Of a DNA stretch of 58,810 nucleotides, positions 20,431 through 30,016 are shown piece by piece. This DNA is from Bacteroidales bacterium (GTDB lineage: Bacteria; Bacteroidota; Bacteroidia; Bacteroidales; UBA12170). The translations under genes and the position numbers were made by a program. The DNA is taken from positions 1 through 58,810 of the forward strand of contig JBFHQD010000001.1 of the NCBI GenBank assembly GCA_041592395.1, written 5' to 3'. Position 1 is the first letter of the stretch, and every line of letters starts with the position of its first letter. The notes beneath the pieces were generated by a model. That model searched no databases and was not told the DNA's origin. It saw only the letters and a list, made by a program, of their open reading frames with translations.

Positions 20431-21528
20431 ATGAATGCTGCTTTGAATCTTGTTCATCAATTATTGCTTGAAAAAGGGATTGCTTTTGTAAGGTATAGTC
20501 TACCGGAGAGCAAAATAAGTGAAACCTTAATTTGCTATCATCCTGCTTCTTTTCAAAACCTAAACGAATTGGCAGAAAAGGAAGCAGAAGGATTTGTATT
20601 TGCTCCCTTTGCACCCGATGAAAAATCGCCTCTTTGGTTTTATCATGCCGATATTACACTTGATGAATATGCAGCTAATCAAAATGTTATTGATTATTTG
20701 TCTGGTTTGCCCGATAGCAAAATACGCAGCCCTTTTAATCCTAAATCAACTACAAAATCAGAATACAGTACAGCATTTAGTACTTATCTTAACGCATTGA
20801 AATCAAGAAAATTAGATAAAGCTATTTTGTCCAAAATAAGAGTGAAACAGAAAACGATCGAGTCGCCTTTGGCCATTTATACTAAACTGGTTGAAGCCTA
20901 CCCTACGGCTTTTGTTTATATGATAAATTTGCCTTCCGGCGATTTATGGATGGGGGCTACACCTGAGCGCTTGATTCAGCAAGAGAAGGATGGAATCCAA
21001 ACGATGGCGCTGGCCGGAACGCAGCAGCTTAATCAGCGAAAAGTGAATGATATTGTTTGGGAGAAAAAGGAGATTGAAGAACAAGCTTATGTAAAAAACT
21101 ATGTGTTGAACCAATTAAATTCGGTTTCGGATGCTGTTCAAGTTTCTGCTAATTATACCGTTGCAGCCGGTAATTTGGTTCATTTAAGAACGGATTTTGT
21201 TGTCAATCAATACTTTAATCGAGCGGAAATATATAATTTGGTAAACCTATTGCATCCCACACCGGCGGTTTGTGGTATTCCTTTAGAAGAGGCAAAAGCG
21301 TTGATTTTACAAACAGAAAAACACGATCGAGAATATTATACGGGCTATTTAGGGCCGATAAATAAAAATTCTTTGGCGTTGTTTGTGAATTTGCGTTGTA
21401 TGAAAATAGAACAAGAAAACTTTGCTTTATATGTTGGTGGCGGCATTACCCGTGATTCTGAACTGGATAAAGAATGGGATGAAACCGAAGCTAAAGCGCA
21501 GACGCTATTATCGGTTCTTGCTTTTTAA
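20431..21528 (+). CDS. menF: Isochorismate synthase
   Basis: GATPERL, ALAGT, HPTPAVCG, NLRC, GGGIT..S..EWDET. Confidence 0.85.
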   Translation: MNAALNLVHQLLLEKGIAFVRYSLPESKISETLICYHPASFQNLNELAEKEAEGFVFAPFAPDEKSPLWFYHADITLDEYAANQNVIDYLSGLPDSKIRSPFNPKSTTKSEYSTAFSTYLNALKSRKLDKAILSKIRVKQKTIESPLAIYTKLVEAYPTAFVYMINLPSGDLWMGATPERLIQQEKDGIQTMALAGTQQLNQRKVNDIVWEKKEIEEQAYVKNYVLNQLNSVSDAVQVSANYTVAAGNLVHLRTDFVVNQYFNRAEIYNLVNLLHPTPAVCGIPLEEAKALILQTEKHDREYYTGYLGPINKNSLALFVNLRCMKIEQENFALYVGGGITRDSELDKEWDETEAKAQTLLSVLAF

Positions 21529-21656
21529 TACCGTTGATTCCGAACGAAAGGCAGAATCTCTAGCCCTAGCCAAGTTTCTCTTCGACAAAACCCAGTGAAA
21601 TAATGGATTATCAAGCTTGACTTAATCTTAAATAAAGTTGCGTTATCGCTGAAAAA

Positions 21657-23717
21657 TTACGCTTTTTCTATCCGAATACGAGCATCAACGGCAACCACCG
21701 ATTTTTTAGTTCCTAAAAGTGGATTTAAATCCAATTCTTTTATTTCAGGTGCGGCTTGCAGCAAGGCTGATAAACGCCATAGAACATCCGCAAATTTATC
21801 TTCATTAATCCCCGCTTTTCCTCGAATACCTTTAATAATAGGATAGCTTTTTAGGCTACGAATCATTTTTTGTGCTTCTGAATAAGAAATAGGAGCAAGG
21901 TTATAACTCACGTCTTTTAATACTTCAATAAAGATACCTCCAAGACCACAAAGTATTAAATGGCCAAATTTATCTTCGTATTTAGCGCCAACAAAGAGTT
22001 CGGTGCCGCTAAGCATAGGTTGTATCAAAACGGCTGTTGTTTCCGGAATTTTTATCATTCTGTTGAATTCCTTTCTAACTGATTTGGCATCTTTTACATT
22101 TAAAACAACACCGCCAACATCCGATTTGTGGATAGGACCAACCACTTTCATTACTACAGGAAACCCGAGGCGTTCGGCTTGTGATACAGCAATATCAGCC
22201 GTGCCGCAAGTGGCTTCTCCGGCTCTCGGAATTCCAGCTCCATCTAACAAAGAACGTACAGCAGAAGGCGGTAAATATCCATCTTCGTTACTGTCGATAA
22301 TGGCTTGAATATAACCGAAGTCAATTTCTAAAGATTCTTTCTTCTCTTTTGTTGGTTTTGGGGTATTGTATATTCGAGCTAAAGCATTTCCTAGATTGAC
22401 TTCATCAGGGAAATTGATATTCCCTTTTTCTAAAAAGAAGGCCACTTCTTTTGCAGCCGTAAAAGTAGATGGAAGTACAGGATAAATGGGCTTTTTGGAA
22501 GTTCTTATTTTTTCATCCAGCAGTTCGTAAACATCAAAGATGGGAGCCAATCCGGGAGTGCCAAATATCACAATCATACCCTCTATTTGATCAAAATCGT
22601 TATTTATGGCATCGATAATGATGCCCAATTGTTCGGCAGTTCCTGTTGCCAGAAAATCTATGGGATTAGCAACCGATGAACCCGCAAATAATTTCGCTTT
22701 TAAAGCGTCTGCTTTTTCGCCGGTAATGGCAGGAATTTCCAATCCGCCTTTAGAAAGGGCATCGGTTAACATTACTGCCGGACCGCCGGCATGTGTGATT
22801 ATGGCTAAGTTTTTTCCGGGAAGCGTTGGGTACATAAACACAGAGGCAACCGCTATTAAATCTTCGCGACCATAACAACGAACGATACCCGCTTTTTGAA
22901 ATAAAGCATTCACCGCCTCATCGGGACTGGCCAAAGCACCAGTATGTGAAGAAGCGGCACGACTTCCGGCTTCGGAAGAGCCTGCTTTAATTGCCGCAAT
23001 TTTACATCCTTTTTGAATTAAAGATTTAGCGTGCTTGAGTAATTTTTGAGGGTTATTAATGGTTTCTATATAGAGTAGTTTTACTCTACTGGATTTTTCT
23101 GCATCGAAAGTGATATCCAAATGCTCAAGCAAATCTTCTACACCTAATTGGGCAGAATTCCCTACTGAAAAAATGCTTGAAAAGCTTAATCCTTTTGCAA
23201 TTCCGGCTTCCATAATAAAAGCCGCTGTAGCGCCTGATCCGGAGATAAAATCACATCCTTTCGGGTCGAGTTTTGGAATGGGTTCCGTAAAAATACTATG
23301 ATGGTTTTGTGTTAAGATACCTGTGCAATTGGGTCCAATTAAAGCGCCTTGGTATTTGTTTATCTGATCGACAATTTGTTTTTCTAATTTTGCTCCCGCT
23401 TCACTCTCCTCACTAAATCCGGCTGATAAAATGATAAAAGCTTTTGTTTCTTTTTTTTCGGTAAGTAACTGAATAGCAGGAAATGTATATTTGGCCGCAA
23501 TGGCAATAATGGCCAAATCAACCGTGGGCAAATCATTTAAATCTTTATAACTGGTAATGCCTTGAACCAGGTCTTCTTTAGGATTAGACACATAGAGTTT
23601 TCCGGAATAGTCTCCATCGATTAAGTTTTTTAAGACTTTTCCTCCGGGTTTATGAATATCATTCGATCCTCCTATAACAAGAATACTTTTTGGGTTAAAT
23701 AGCTGATTAGCAATCAT
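21657..23717 (-). CDS. ADP-forming acetate/acyl-CoA ligase, single chain
   Basis: CoA-binding domain (SAGFSE, GPNC), phospho-His SHTG, NPID, ATP-grasp HKSDVGGV and DLNP. Confidence 0.9.
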   Translation of the reverse strand: MIANQLFNPKSILVIGGSNDIHKPGGKVLKNLIDGDYSGKLYVSNPKEDLVQGITSYKDLNDLPTVDLAIIAIAAKYTFPAIQLLTEKKETKAFIILSAGFSEESEAGAKLEKQIVDQINKYQGALIGPNCTGILTQNHHSIFTEPIPKLDPKGCDFISGSGATAAFIMEAGIAKGLSFSSIFSVGNSAQLGVEDLLEHLDITFDAEKSSRVKLLYIETINNPQKLLKHAKSLIQKGCKIAAIKAGSSEAGSRAASSHTGALASPDEAVNALFQKAGIVRCYGREDLIAVASVFMYPTLPGKNLAIITHAGGPAVMLTDALSKGGLEIPAITGEKADALKAKLFAGSSVANPIDFLATGTAEQLGIIIDAINNDFDQIEGMIVIFGTPGLAPIFDVYELLDEKIRTSKKPIYPVLPSTFTAAKEVAFFLEKGNINFPDEVNLGNALARIYNTPKPTKEKKESLEIDFGYIQAIIDSNEDGYLPPSAVRSLLDGAGIPRAGEATCGTADIAVSQAERLGFPVVMKVVGPIHKSDVGGVVLNVKDAKSVRKEFNRMIKIPETTAVLIQPMLSGTELFVGAKYEDKFGHLILCGLGGIFIEVLKDVSYNLAPISYSEAQKMIRSLKSYPIIKGIRGKAGINEDKFADVLWRLSALLQAAPEIKELDLNPLLGTKKSVVAVDARIRIEKA

Positions 23718-23792
23718 TTTGTTTGACTTTAATTGAAATTAGGTGTTTGGCAAAATTAGGGCTTTATTTTTGCATTCTGTTAAAACTATAAC

Positions 23793-23820
23793 AAAAAAAC
23801 CGCTCTTTTGAAGCGGTTTC
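23793..23820 (-). terminator. Intrinsic terminator after LruC paralog A
   Basis: Minus strand AAACCGCT-loop-AGCGGTTT followed by a T tract. Confidence 0.8.
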
Positions 23821-23840
23821 TTAAAAATCATAAGCTTAGA

Positions 23841-25874
23841 TTAATAAAGAAATTGCAATTCTCTATACCCAAATTCAGGTAAATACCAATCGTTGTATTC
23901 TGTTCCATTGCTCTCAACCCAAGGGATAAATTTTAAATAAGCTTTATTAATAGCTTCTTTTTCAACAGGAATTTCAAAGCTTGTTGGGATATTTATTGCC
24001 CAAGGAAGATTGCTAACGGTCTTGTATTTGTTCGCATTTAATAGCGCTGTTGCATCATCATAGGTTCCAAAATAGCTTGGATCTGCTAAATCGCTAGGCG
24101 AATAATTGGGTAAATGAACTTCTCTACCACGCGTTTTATTCACCATAATAAAGGGGTTAAACGGTGCTGAACCAAACTGAGCAAGAGGAATTGGATCTTT
24201 GAAAGTGACTACTATGTTTATTTTTGAATCAGCACTTATATTGCGAGGATCGTATTGATCGCCTTGCGCAAAATGATACCAGGCATTATCGAAAACGATG
24301 ATCGTCGCATTCGTTTGACCTGCCTCTACACCTGTAGATGTTGTAGTAATGTATTGAGTAGAAGACAATAAAAGGGAAGTGCCGGTAACAGAACTCACTT
24401 GTTCGCTTAAAATATTTTCCATTTCAAAGGCAAAACCATTGCGATGACTTCCTCCGACAAATTTAACTTCGAAATTAGCTTCCATTTTAACAACTTCATT
24501 ATTTGCGTTGGTAATAGAATTGAAATTGTATTCGATAACCAAGTCGTTAAAATCATAATCTCCGGTAGAGGGCCATAAATCTTCGAAGGCTAGTGTTCCA
24601 TTTGTTTCTTTATTTGGGTAATAATTATTGAATGCAATACGTGCATCGTTAGGATAATTATCGTCATTATCGGCAACACCATCGCCATCGGCATCAGCAA
24701 TTTCAGCACCGTTTTTTAAGATTGATCCGGCATCTACTGCACTTACAGGATTTGTGGTAATATAAAAGACAGCATCGTTAAAATCATCGTCCCCATGTGG
24801 GCGTTGCTGATCTTCAAAGGAAATGAGGAATAAATCGTATTCGGTGTCTTTTAAGAGAACCGTATGCTGTTTGTATTTAGCATCCGATTCCGGATTTAAA
24901 TTTTGGTGAGAGAAAAAATAATTGTAGCCATCACTTACTGATTTTGAGCCTTGATTATAACCATTTGCTATCAATAACCATCCAATAGAAGTTCCGGCAG
25001 GAAATTGACCAATATATACTTTATCACCGGAAACTAATGATCCGCCACTGCCTGAAAAAGAGGTGTTTGGGAAAATAAGTGTGGCCTTGTTAATATCTGA
25101 AACGCTCTGAGGTGGATTGTTTTTATCGTAAGTATAAAAGGCAAGGCTATTTAAATAACCTGCACCTTCCGAAACAAATGTAACCCAAACATCCGCCTTT
25201 TCGATAAGGTTTATATTTTGTTCGTTTGATTGAAGCAAATATTCAGGATGATAACTTGGAACGGGTTGGTATTCGGGCAATGCTGCATTGATCATTTTAA
25301 GAAAATCGGCAGATATATAATCGCGCTTGTTTTCCAAATAATTAGGTCTCCCGTATTTATCCCACTTACCCAATGTTGCCAACGGAATTTTAGTTTCCGT
25401 CTTCGCTTTAAATGCGGCTGAAGATTTGGTTTCGTTTTCCGCTTCCGGGATAGCTCCAAAGGTATAATTGAATTGATTATACACGATGGCCACTTTTACT
25501 TCGTTAGCAAAACCAATATAATTGGTACTTACAACTAAAGAGTCAACAGCATTTGCAATAGTATAACTGCTTTGAAAAGTGCCATTCGCGTTGGTAAATC
25601 CATTGAAGATTTCTTTTCCGCCATTGGCTTTGTAATCTGTAAATACACTGATTTTAATATGAGGGATTGCTTTCCCTTGATTATCTATGGTTTTAATGGT
25701 AAAATCAACCTTTGAAGAAGTTTCCCAGTTAAAATTCTCACTCGCTTTTAGGTTGGACATATCTACATCCTGATAAGTAGGAGCTGGATTTTCTTCCAGC
25801 GTAAGTTTTTTGGTGCATGAACTGAATGCGATGGTTAAACTTAAGAATAAAATAATAGATAGATAGTTTTTCAT
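23841..25874 (-). CDS. LruC-domain (DUF4114/DUF4842) lipoprotein, paralog A, intact
   Basis: Lipobox FSSC after ATG 25874, FED..DFND, TSP3-like DADGDGVADNDDNYPND, AFEDLWP..GDYDFND, GREVHLP, LPWAI. Confidence 0.88.
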   Translation of the reverse strand: MKNYLSIILFLSLTIAFSSCTKKLTLEENPAPTYQDVDMSNLKASENFNWETSSKVDFTIKTIDNQGKAIPHIKISVFTDYKANGGKEIFNGFTNANGTFQSSYTIANAVDSLVVSTNYIGFANEVKVAIVYNQFNYTFGAIPEAENETKSSAAFKAKTETKIPLATLGKWDKYGRPNYLENKRDYISADFLKMINAALPEYQPVPSYHPEYLLQSNEQNINLIEKADVWVTFVSEGAGYLNSLAFYTYDKNNPPQSVSDINKATLIFPNTSFSGSGGSLVSGDKVYIGQFPAGTSIGWLLIANGYNQGSKSVSDGYNYFFSHQNLNPESDAKYKQHTVLLKDTEYDLFLISFEDQQRPHGDDDFNDAVFYITTNPVSAVDAGSILKNGAEIADADGDGVADNDDNYPNDARIAFNNYYPNKETNGTLAFEDLWPSTGDYDFNDLVIEYNFNSITNANNEVVKMEANFEVKFVGGSHRNGFAFEMENILSEQVSSVTGTSLLLSSTQYITTTSTGVEAGQTNATIIVFDNAWYHFAQGDQYDPRNISADSKINIVVTFKDPIPLAQFGSAPFNPFIMVNKTRGREVHLPNYSPSDLADPSYFGTYDDATALLNANKYKTVSNLPWAINIPTSFEIPVEKEAINKAYLKFIPWVESNGTEYNDWYLPEFGYRELQFLY

Positions 25875-26046
25875 TTTGATTTTTTTTTGAAGGATTTTGT
25901 AGTATTTGATACAAACATAAGTCGCAGATTTGACTTGTGAAACCTGCAATTTGTAATTGTGGATGAGGAGAAAGTAAATGTTGCGTTTAGGGTTGAATGA
26001 GTTTTTTTAGGAGATACAAAAGTGGCCATACGCGTACGAGTTCTGC

Positions 26047-26077
26047 AGGATAGCACAAAAAAAAAGACCACCCTTTT
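26047..26077 (-). terminator. Intrinsic terminator after LruC paralog B
   Basis: Minus strand AGACCAC-TCCAAAAGG-GTGGTCT followed by a long T run. Confidence 0.85.
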
Positions 26078-26106
26078 GGAGTGGTCTGTATCGTAAATAA
26101 ATCTTT

Positions 26107-28164
26107 TTAATAAATAAATTCTGAATCGCGGTAGCCGGATAAATCGAGGTACCAATCCGGAAATAAAGTACCACTGCTTTCTACCCAACTGATAAATTTT
26201 AAATAAGGCGTTGAAATTGATGCTTTTTCGATTGGATAATCAAACTGACTAGGGAAATTAATTGCCCAAGGAAGATTCCCTACGGATTTATATAATTTTC
26301 CAGTCGACAAACTTGAATCGTCGTTGTATTCTCCAAAATAACTTAAATCGGCCAAATTGGTTGGTTGATAATTAGGCAGATGCAATTCGCGACCTCATTC
26401 TTCATTAATAATAATAAAGGGATTAAAAGGGGCTAAACCAAATTGATCCAGTGCAATTGGTGTTGTAAATGTGATTACAATCTGTACGGTTTTTGTTGGC
26501 TCAACAAAGGCTTTGCTTGGATCGGTATTCCAAAAACCTTGATTATGATTTTTTGCATTGTCCAAAACAATTATAGTTGCATTGGTTTGACCGGCTTCCG
26601 TACCATTACTGTTCAAGTTAATATAGCCTTCTTGTAAATCGCTTCCGCTCACTGAATTTACCTGACTGCTTAGAATATTACTCAATTCGAAACCAAAACC
26701 ATTTTTAAATCCGGCGCCATTGGCACGTACCAGAAAATTGCCTTCGAGTTGAACAACTTTATTAGCCGCATTTGTTACCGTATTAAAATTATAATCCAAG
26801 ATCAAATCGTTAAAATCATAATCTCCTTTTGATGGCCATAAATCTTCAAAGGCTAAAGTGGCATAATTTCCCTCGCTAGGGTAATAATTGTTAAAGGCTT
26901 TGTTGGCATCATCTGGATATTCATCCATATTGTTTTCTACGCCATCTTTATCGCTGTCGTTATCCACATAAACGGCTCCCATTTTAGGGATTCCCTTATT
27001 GCTAATTCCATCAGAAGGATTAGATGTAACATAAAATACGACATCATTAAAATCGTTATCCCCGCCCGGACGTTCTAAATCTTCAAACGCAATTAAAAAC
27101 AAATTGCGTTCTTCGTCTTTTAATAAAACGATATGTTGTTGATTATCCGGATTGCTTTCGGGGTTTAAGTTTTTTTGAGAAAAGAAGTAGTTTTTTCCAT
27201 CGGTAACATCTTTTTCCTTGGTATCAAATCCATCTGTAATTAATAACCAGCCTATAGAAGTGCCTTCGTCAAACTCTCCAATATTTACTTTGTCGCCAGA
27301 ATACAATCCTCCGCCACTGTGTTTAAAAGAAGCATTGGGGAAAACGATAGTAGCTTCATCGATGTCATCGATAGACTCTGGTGGATCATCTTCTTCGAAA
27401 GTATAAAAACACAGTGTATTTAAATAACTTGCACCTTCGGTAACAAAAGTAACATACACATCAGACTCTTCCGTAAGCGTAATGTATTGTTGATAATCGC
27501 TTGAAAGGTATTCCGGATGATAATCTGGAACGGATTGGTTTTCGGGCAAAGCATCGTTTAAATCAGATAAAAAATCAGATGAAATATCATCGCCATTTTT
27601 TTCTAGGTATTTTGGTGTACCATCCGATTTCCAGCTTCCTAAATCTTTTAAATCTATTTCATCATCGTCTTGTGTTCTTTTAAATGAAATTGTAGCGGCT
27701 TCATCGTCGGTACGGTCTGGAACTCCGCCAAAGGTCCAATCTATCTTACCTTCAACTACGGGTACTTTTACTTCACTTACAAAACCAAGATAATTTGTAG
27801 CTACAACCAGCGAATCGGTTACGGTAGCCAAGCGATAATCTGTTTGAAAATGGCCATCGGAATTTGTGAAACCGCTGGCTATATCTTTTCCGTCATATAC
27901 CTTATAATCTGTTCTCAAACTCACTTTGATATCTGCAATTGCAGAACCGTTATTTGATAAGGTGTAAATGGAGGCTTTTACGTAAGAAGAGGTTTCCCAA
28001 TCGAAATCTTCGTTAACAATAAGCTCTCCAAAAACGGAATTTTCATCTACGGGATTAGGCTCTTCTAATAAAGGGAGCGTTTTGGTACAGGACACAAAAA
28101 AAAGCGCGATTAAAACGTACAGTGCGTAGGTCTGAATCTTGTGGTTGGTTGCTAAGTTCTTCAT
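26107..28164 (-). pseudogene. LruC-domain lipoprotein, paralog B, interrupted by one in-frame TGA (26395-26397)
   Basis: ORFs 26395-28215 and 26107-26385 are in the same frame; reading NPFIIINEE*GRELHLP aligns with paralog A NPFIMVNKTRGREVHLP. Confidence 0.8.
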
Positions 28165-28220
28165 CTTACAATTTTTAATAAAGTCAAATATACACATTTT
28201 ATACTTTGTGTTCATCTACC

Positions 28221-28255
28221 AATTCGTAATCGGGCATTTCTAACTCGTAAGCGTA
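28221..28255 (-). promoter_or_regulatory. 9-bp direct repeats with 12-bp spacer upstream of the paralog B promoter
   Basis: Minus strand TTACGAGTT-N12-TTACGAATT, upstream of TATATTTG at 28185-28192. Confidence 0.45.
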
Positions 28256-28277
28256 CTCTTTTGGGAGGCATATCTTA

Positions 28278-29534
28278 TCACTCTGTATAGTTTTTTATTT
28301 GCTTATAACCAACCAATTGGTCGTAGGTTGTTCCGGGTGCGCGATAATAAACCCGAATTGTATAGGTGTTTGGCGTCTGAAAAAAACTGCCTTCTATCGC
28401 GGCCACATCAGCCGTTTTTGTATTCTTTTGTTTGAGTGCATATTGATAGCTATAATACCCTTGTTTTAAAAGCAATTTTGTTTCGTACACATGAGACGCA
28501 AAATCATAGTTTAGTTTATGGCTCAAACTCCATAAATCAAAACCGCCAAGTAAATAAACATCGCCATCGAGAAAAGGGCTCTCGCTATAATAGAGAAAAT
28601 GTACCATTGCATATTCACTTTCAATATCAGCATTTTGGTAATCTTTTGTTTCGATAAAAAATTTCCCAAATTGAGTGGGTTCATTTTTATAGGTTTTATT
28701 GGCTCTTGATTTAGAAAGTAAAAGTTCTATTTCGTCGACTGAGCCTTCTTTGTTAATGGCATAAACATACTCTGAATTGTAATCCAAGCTCGAAAAATCG
28801 AAAAAACGAAAAGTATTTAATCCCGGAAAAATATTGCCCTTTTGCAGATTGAAATCGAGAATTCCATCTTTTATGGAGAGCGGTTCTAGCTGATTTATTT
28901 GATTATCGTAGCGGCCGTTTTGTTGAATTTGAGTTGAAATTTCGCGCGAAGGAAAATAGCTGTTTAAGCCACTGATATTCACTTTGAAATTGATTTCTTG
29001 AGCACTTTTGAGCAGCTCGGGATTGCTAGGAGCTATGATTTCGCCACCGATGGTGCAAAGCGGATCAACGACATACAATTTCTTAGTGATTATTGGATTT
29101 TCCTCGTCATTTTCGGGATAAATTTTTAAGATATAATTTCCTGAATAACGAAACTGAATAGCATCATTTGGTATTTGAAGACTGTAGTGAATATACGGCA
29201 CTTTTGTATTTATTGAAAACGTATAGTCTTCGATATAATCTTCGATATAACCTTGCAAATATTCATTGGGTGATAATTCGGAAATACGCCATTGCGCATC
29301 GCAATGAATTAAGGTATAAGCAAATAAACGGTAATCACTATCTAACTCATCAAAGGCTAAAGTCAGTTGGTTTTGTTCGTTTAGAAAAATTACAGGTTCT
29401 CCAAGACGTTCATTTTCAGGAAAAAGCTCCACGGTTTTTATATTCGAATTTAAAATCTGATCAGAAAAAACCGACTGGCCTTGTATGTTTATCGAAAAAG
29501 AAAAAAGAACAAAAAGGATTAAATAATTTCTCAT
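28278..29534 (-). CDS. DUF5103 / type IX secretion system plug-type protein
   Basis: Signal peptide IQG|Q, LAFDEL, YTLIHCD..W, SGNY, QNGR, LKQGYYSYQY, EGSFFQT; ATG at 29534. Confidence 0.8.
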   Translation of the reverse strand: MRNYLILFVLFSFSINIQGQSVFSDQILNSNIKTVELFPENERLGEPVIFLNEQNQLTLAFDELDSDYRLFAYTLIHCDAQWRISELSPNEYLQGYIEDYIEDYTFSINTKVPYIHYSLQIPNDAIQFRYSGNYILKIYPENDEENPIITKKLYVVDPLCTIGGEIIAPSNPELLKSAQEINFKVNISGLNSYFPSREISTQIQQNGRYDNQINQLEPLSIKDGILDFNLQKGNIFPGLNTFRFFDFSSLDYNSEYVYAINKEGSVDEIELLLSKSRANKTYKNEPTQFGKFFIETKDYQNADIESEYAMVHFLYYSESPFLDGDVYLLGGFDLWSLSHKLNYDFASHVYETKLLLKQGYYSYQYALKQKNTKTADVAAIEGSFFQTPNTYTIRVYYRAPGTTYDQLVGYKQIKNYTE

Positions 29535-30016
29535 TTCAATAGATTTTTTGTGAATGCTATTTATCAAAAATAGACATTTATATTTTCTCTGCTCTTAAGG
29601 AAAAAAAATGTTTTAAACGATTTTATCAAGAAAAGAGGGGAGTGTTTAAGGTTTTTTTAGTTGCAATTTTGTTCATTATAAACGTCTAAATATTGGAAAG
29701 CTGATAAAAATCAGTTCAAAATACAACCCAAGTTGTAATATATAATTAATCTATATAAGCAAATGGAGAGCTTATATTTTTTATTATCCTGATAAACAGT
29801 ATTATAAGAGCAAACATATGGTAAAGATGTAAATAATTACGATTATCAATTATAATTGTTATTTAAAAAACATTTTAATAATTTAGCCCCGTTTTTAAGC
29901 TGGAGAAATCATGGTTTTTTCCCTGGTAAAGAGATTAAAAGAAATAATGAAATTTAGACTTATAAACTCAAGATTATTTAAGAACATTCAATACTAATTT
30001 CAGTCAAATAAAATTT

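Noticed and set aside
22003-23301. Antisense ORFs within the acyl-CoA ligase, and similar shadow ORFs across the window
   Set aside because: They overlap well-supported genes and have no recognisable motifs
25919-25948. Hairpin/pseudoknot-like riboswitch before LruC paralog A (GCAGGTTT/AAATCTGC with AAGTC/GACTT)
   Set aside because: It lies upstream of the -7 element (25912-25919), so it is probably not transcribed; it matches no riboswitch I recognise
25871-26188. 105-aa ORF bridging the LruC genes
   Set aside because: It runs through a terminator and a promoter and has no protein-like features
26107-26385. Independent 92-aa gene
   Set aside because: It is the in-frame C-terminus of LruC paralog B
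26395-26397. Selenocysteine or genome-wide TGA reassignment
   Set aside because: The codon aligns to Arg rather than Cys or Trp, no convincing SECIS hairpin follows, and TGA ends kdsB, fadD1 and the DUF5103 gene at normal positions
29545-29860. Rex or Fur boxes upstream of nqr
   Set aside because: Only half-sites or weak matches in very AT-rich DNA
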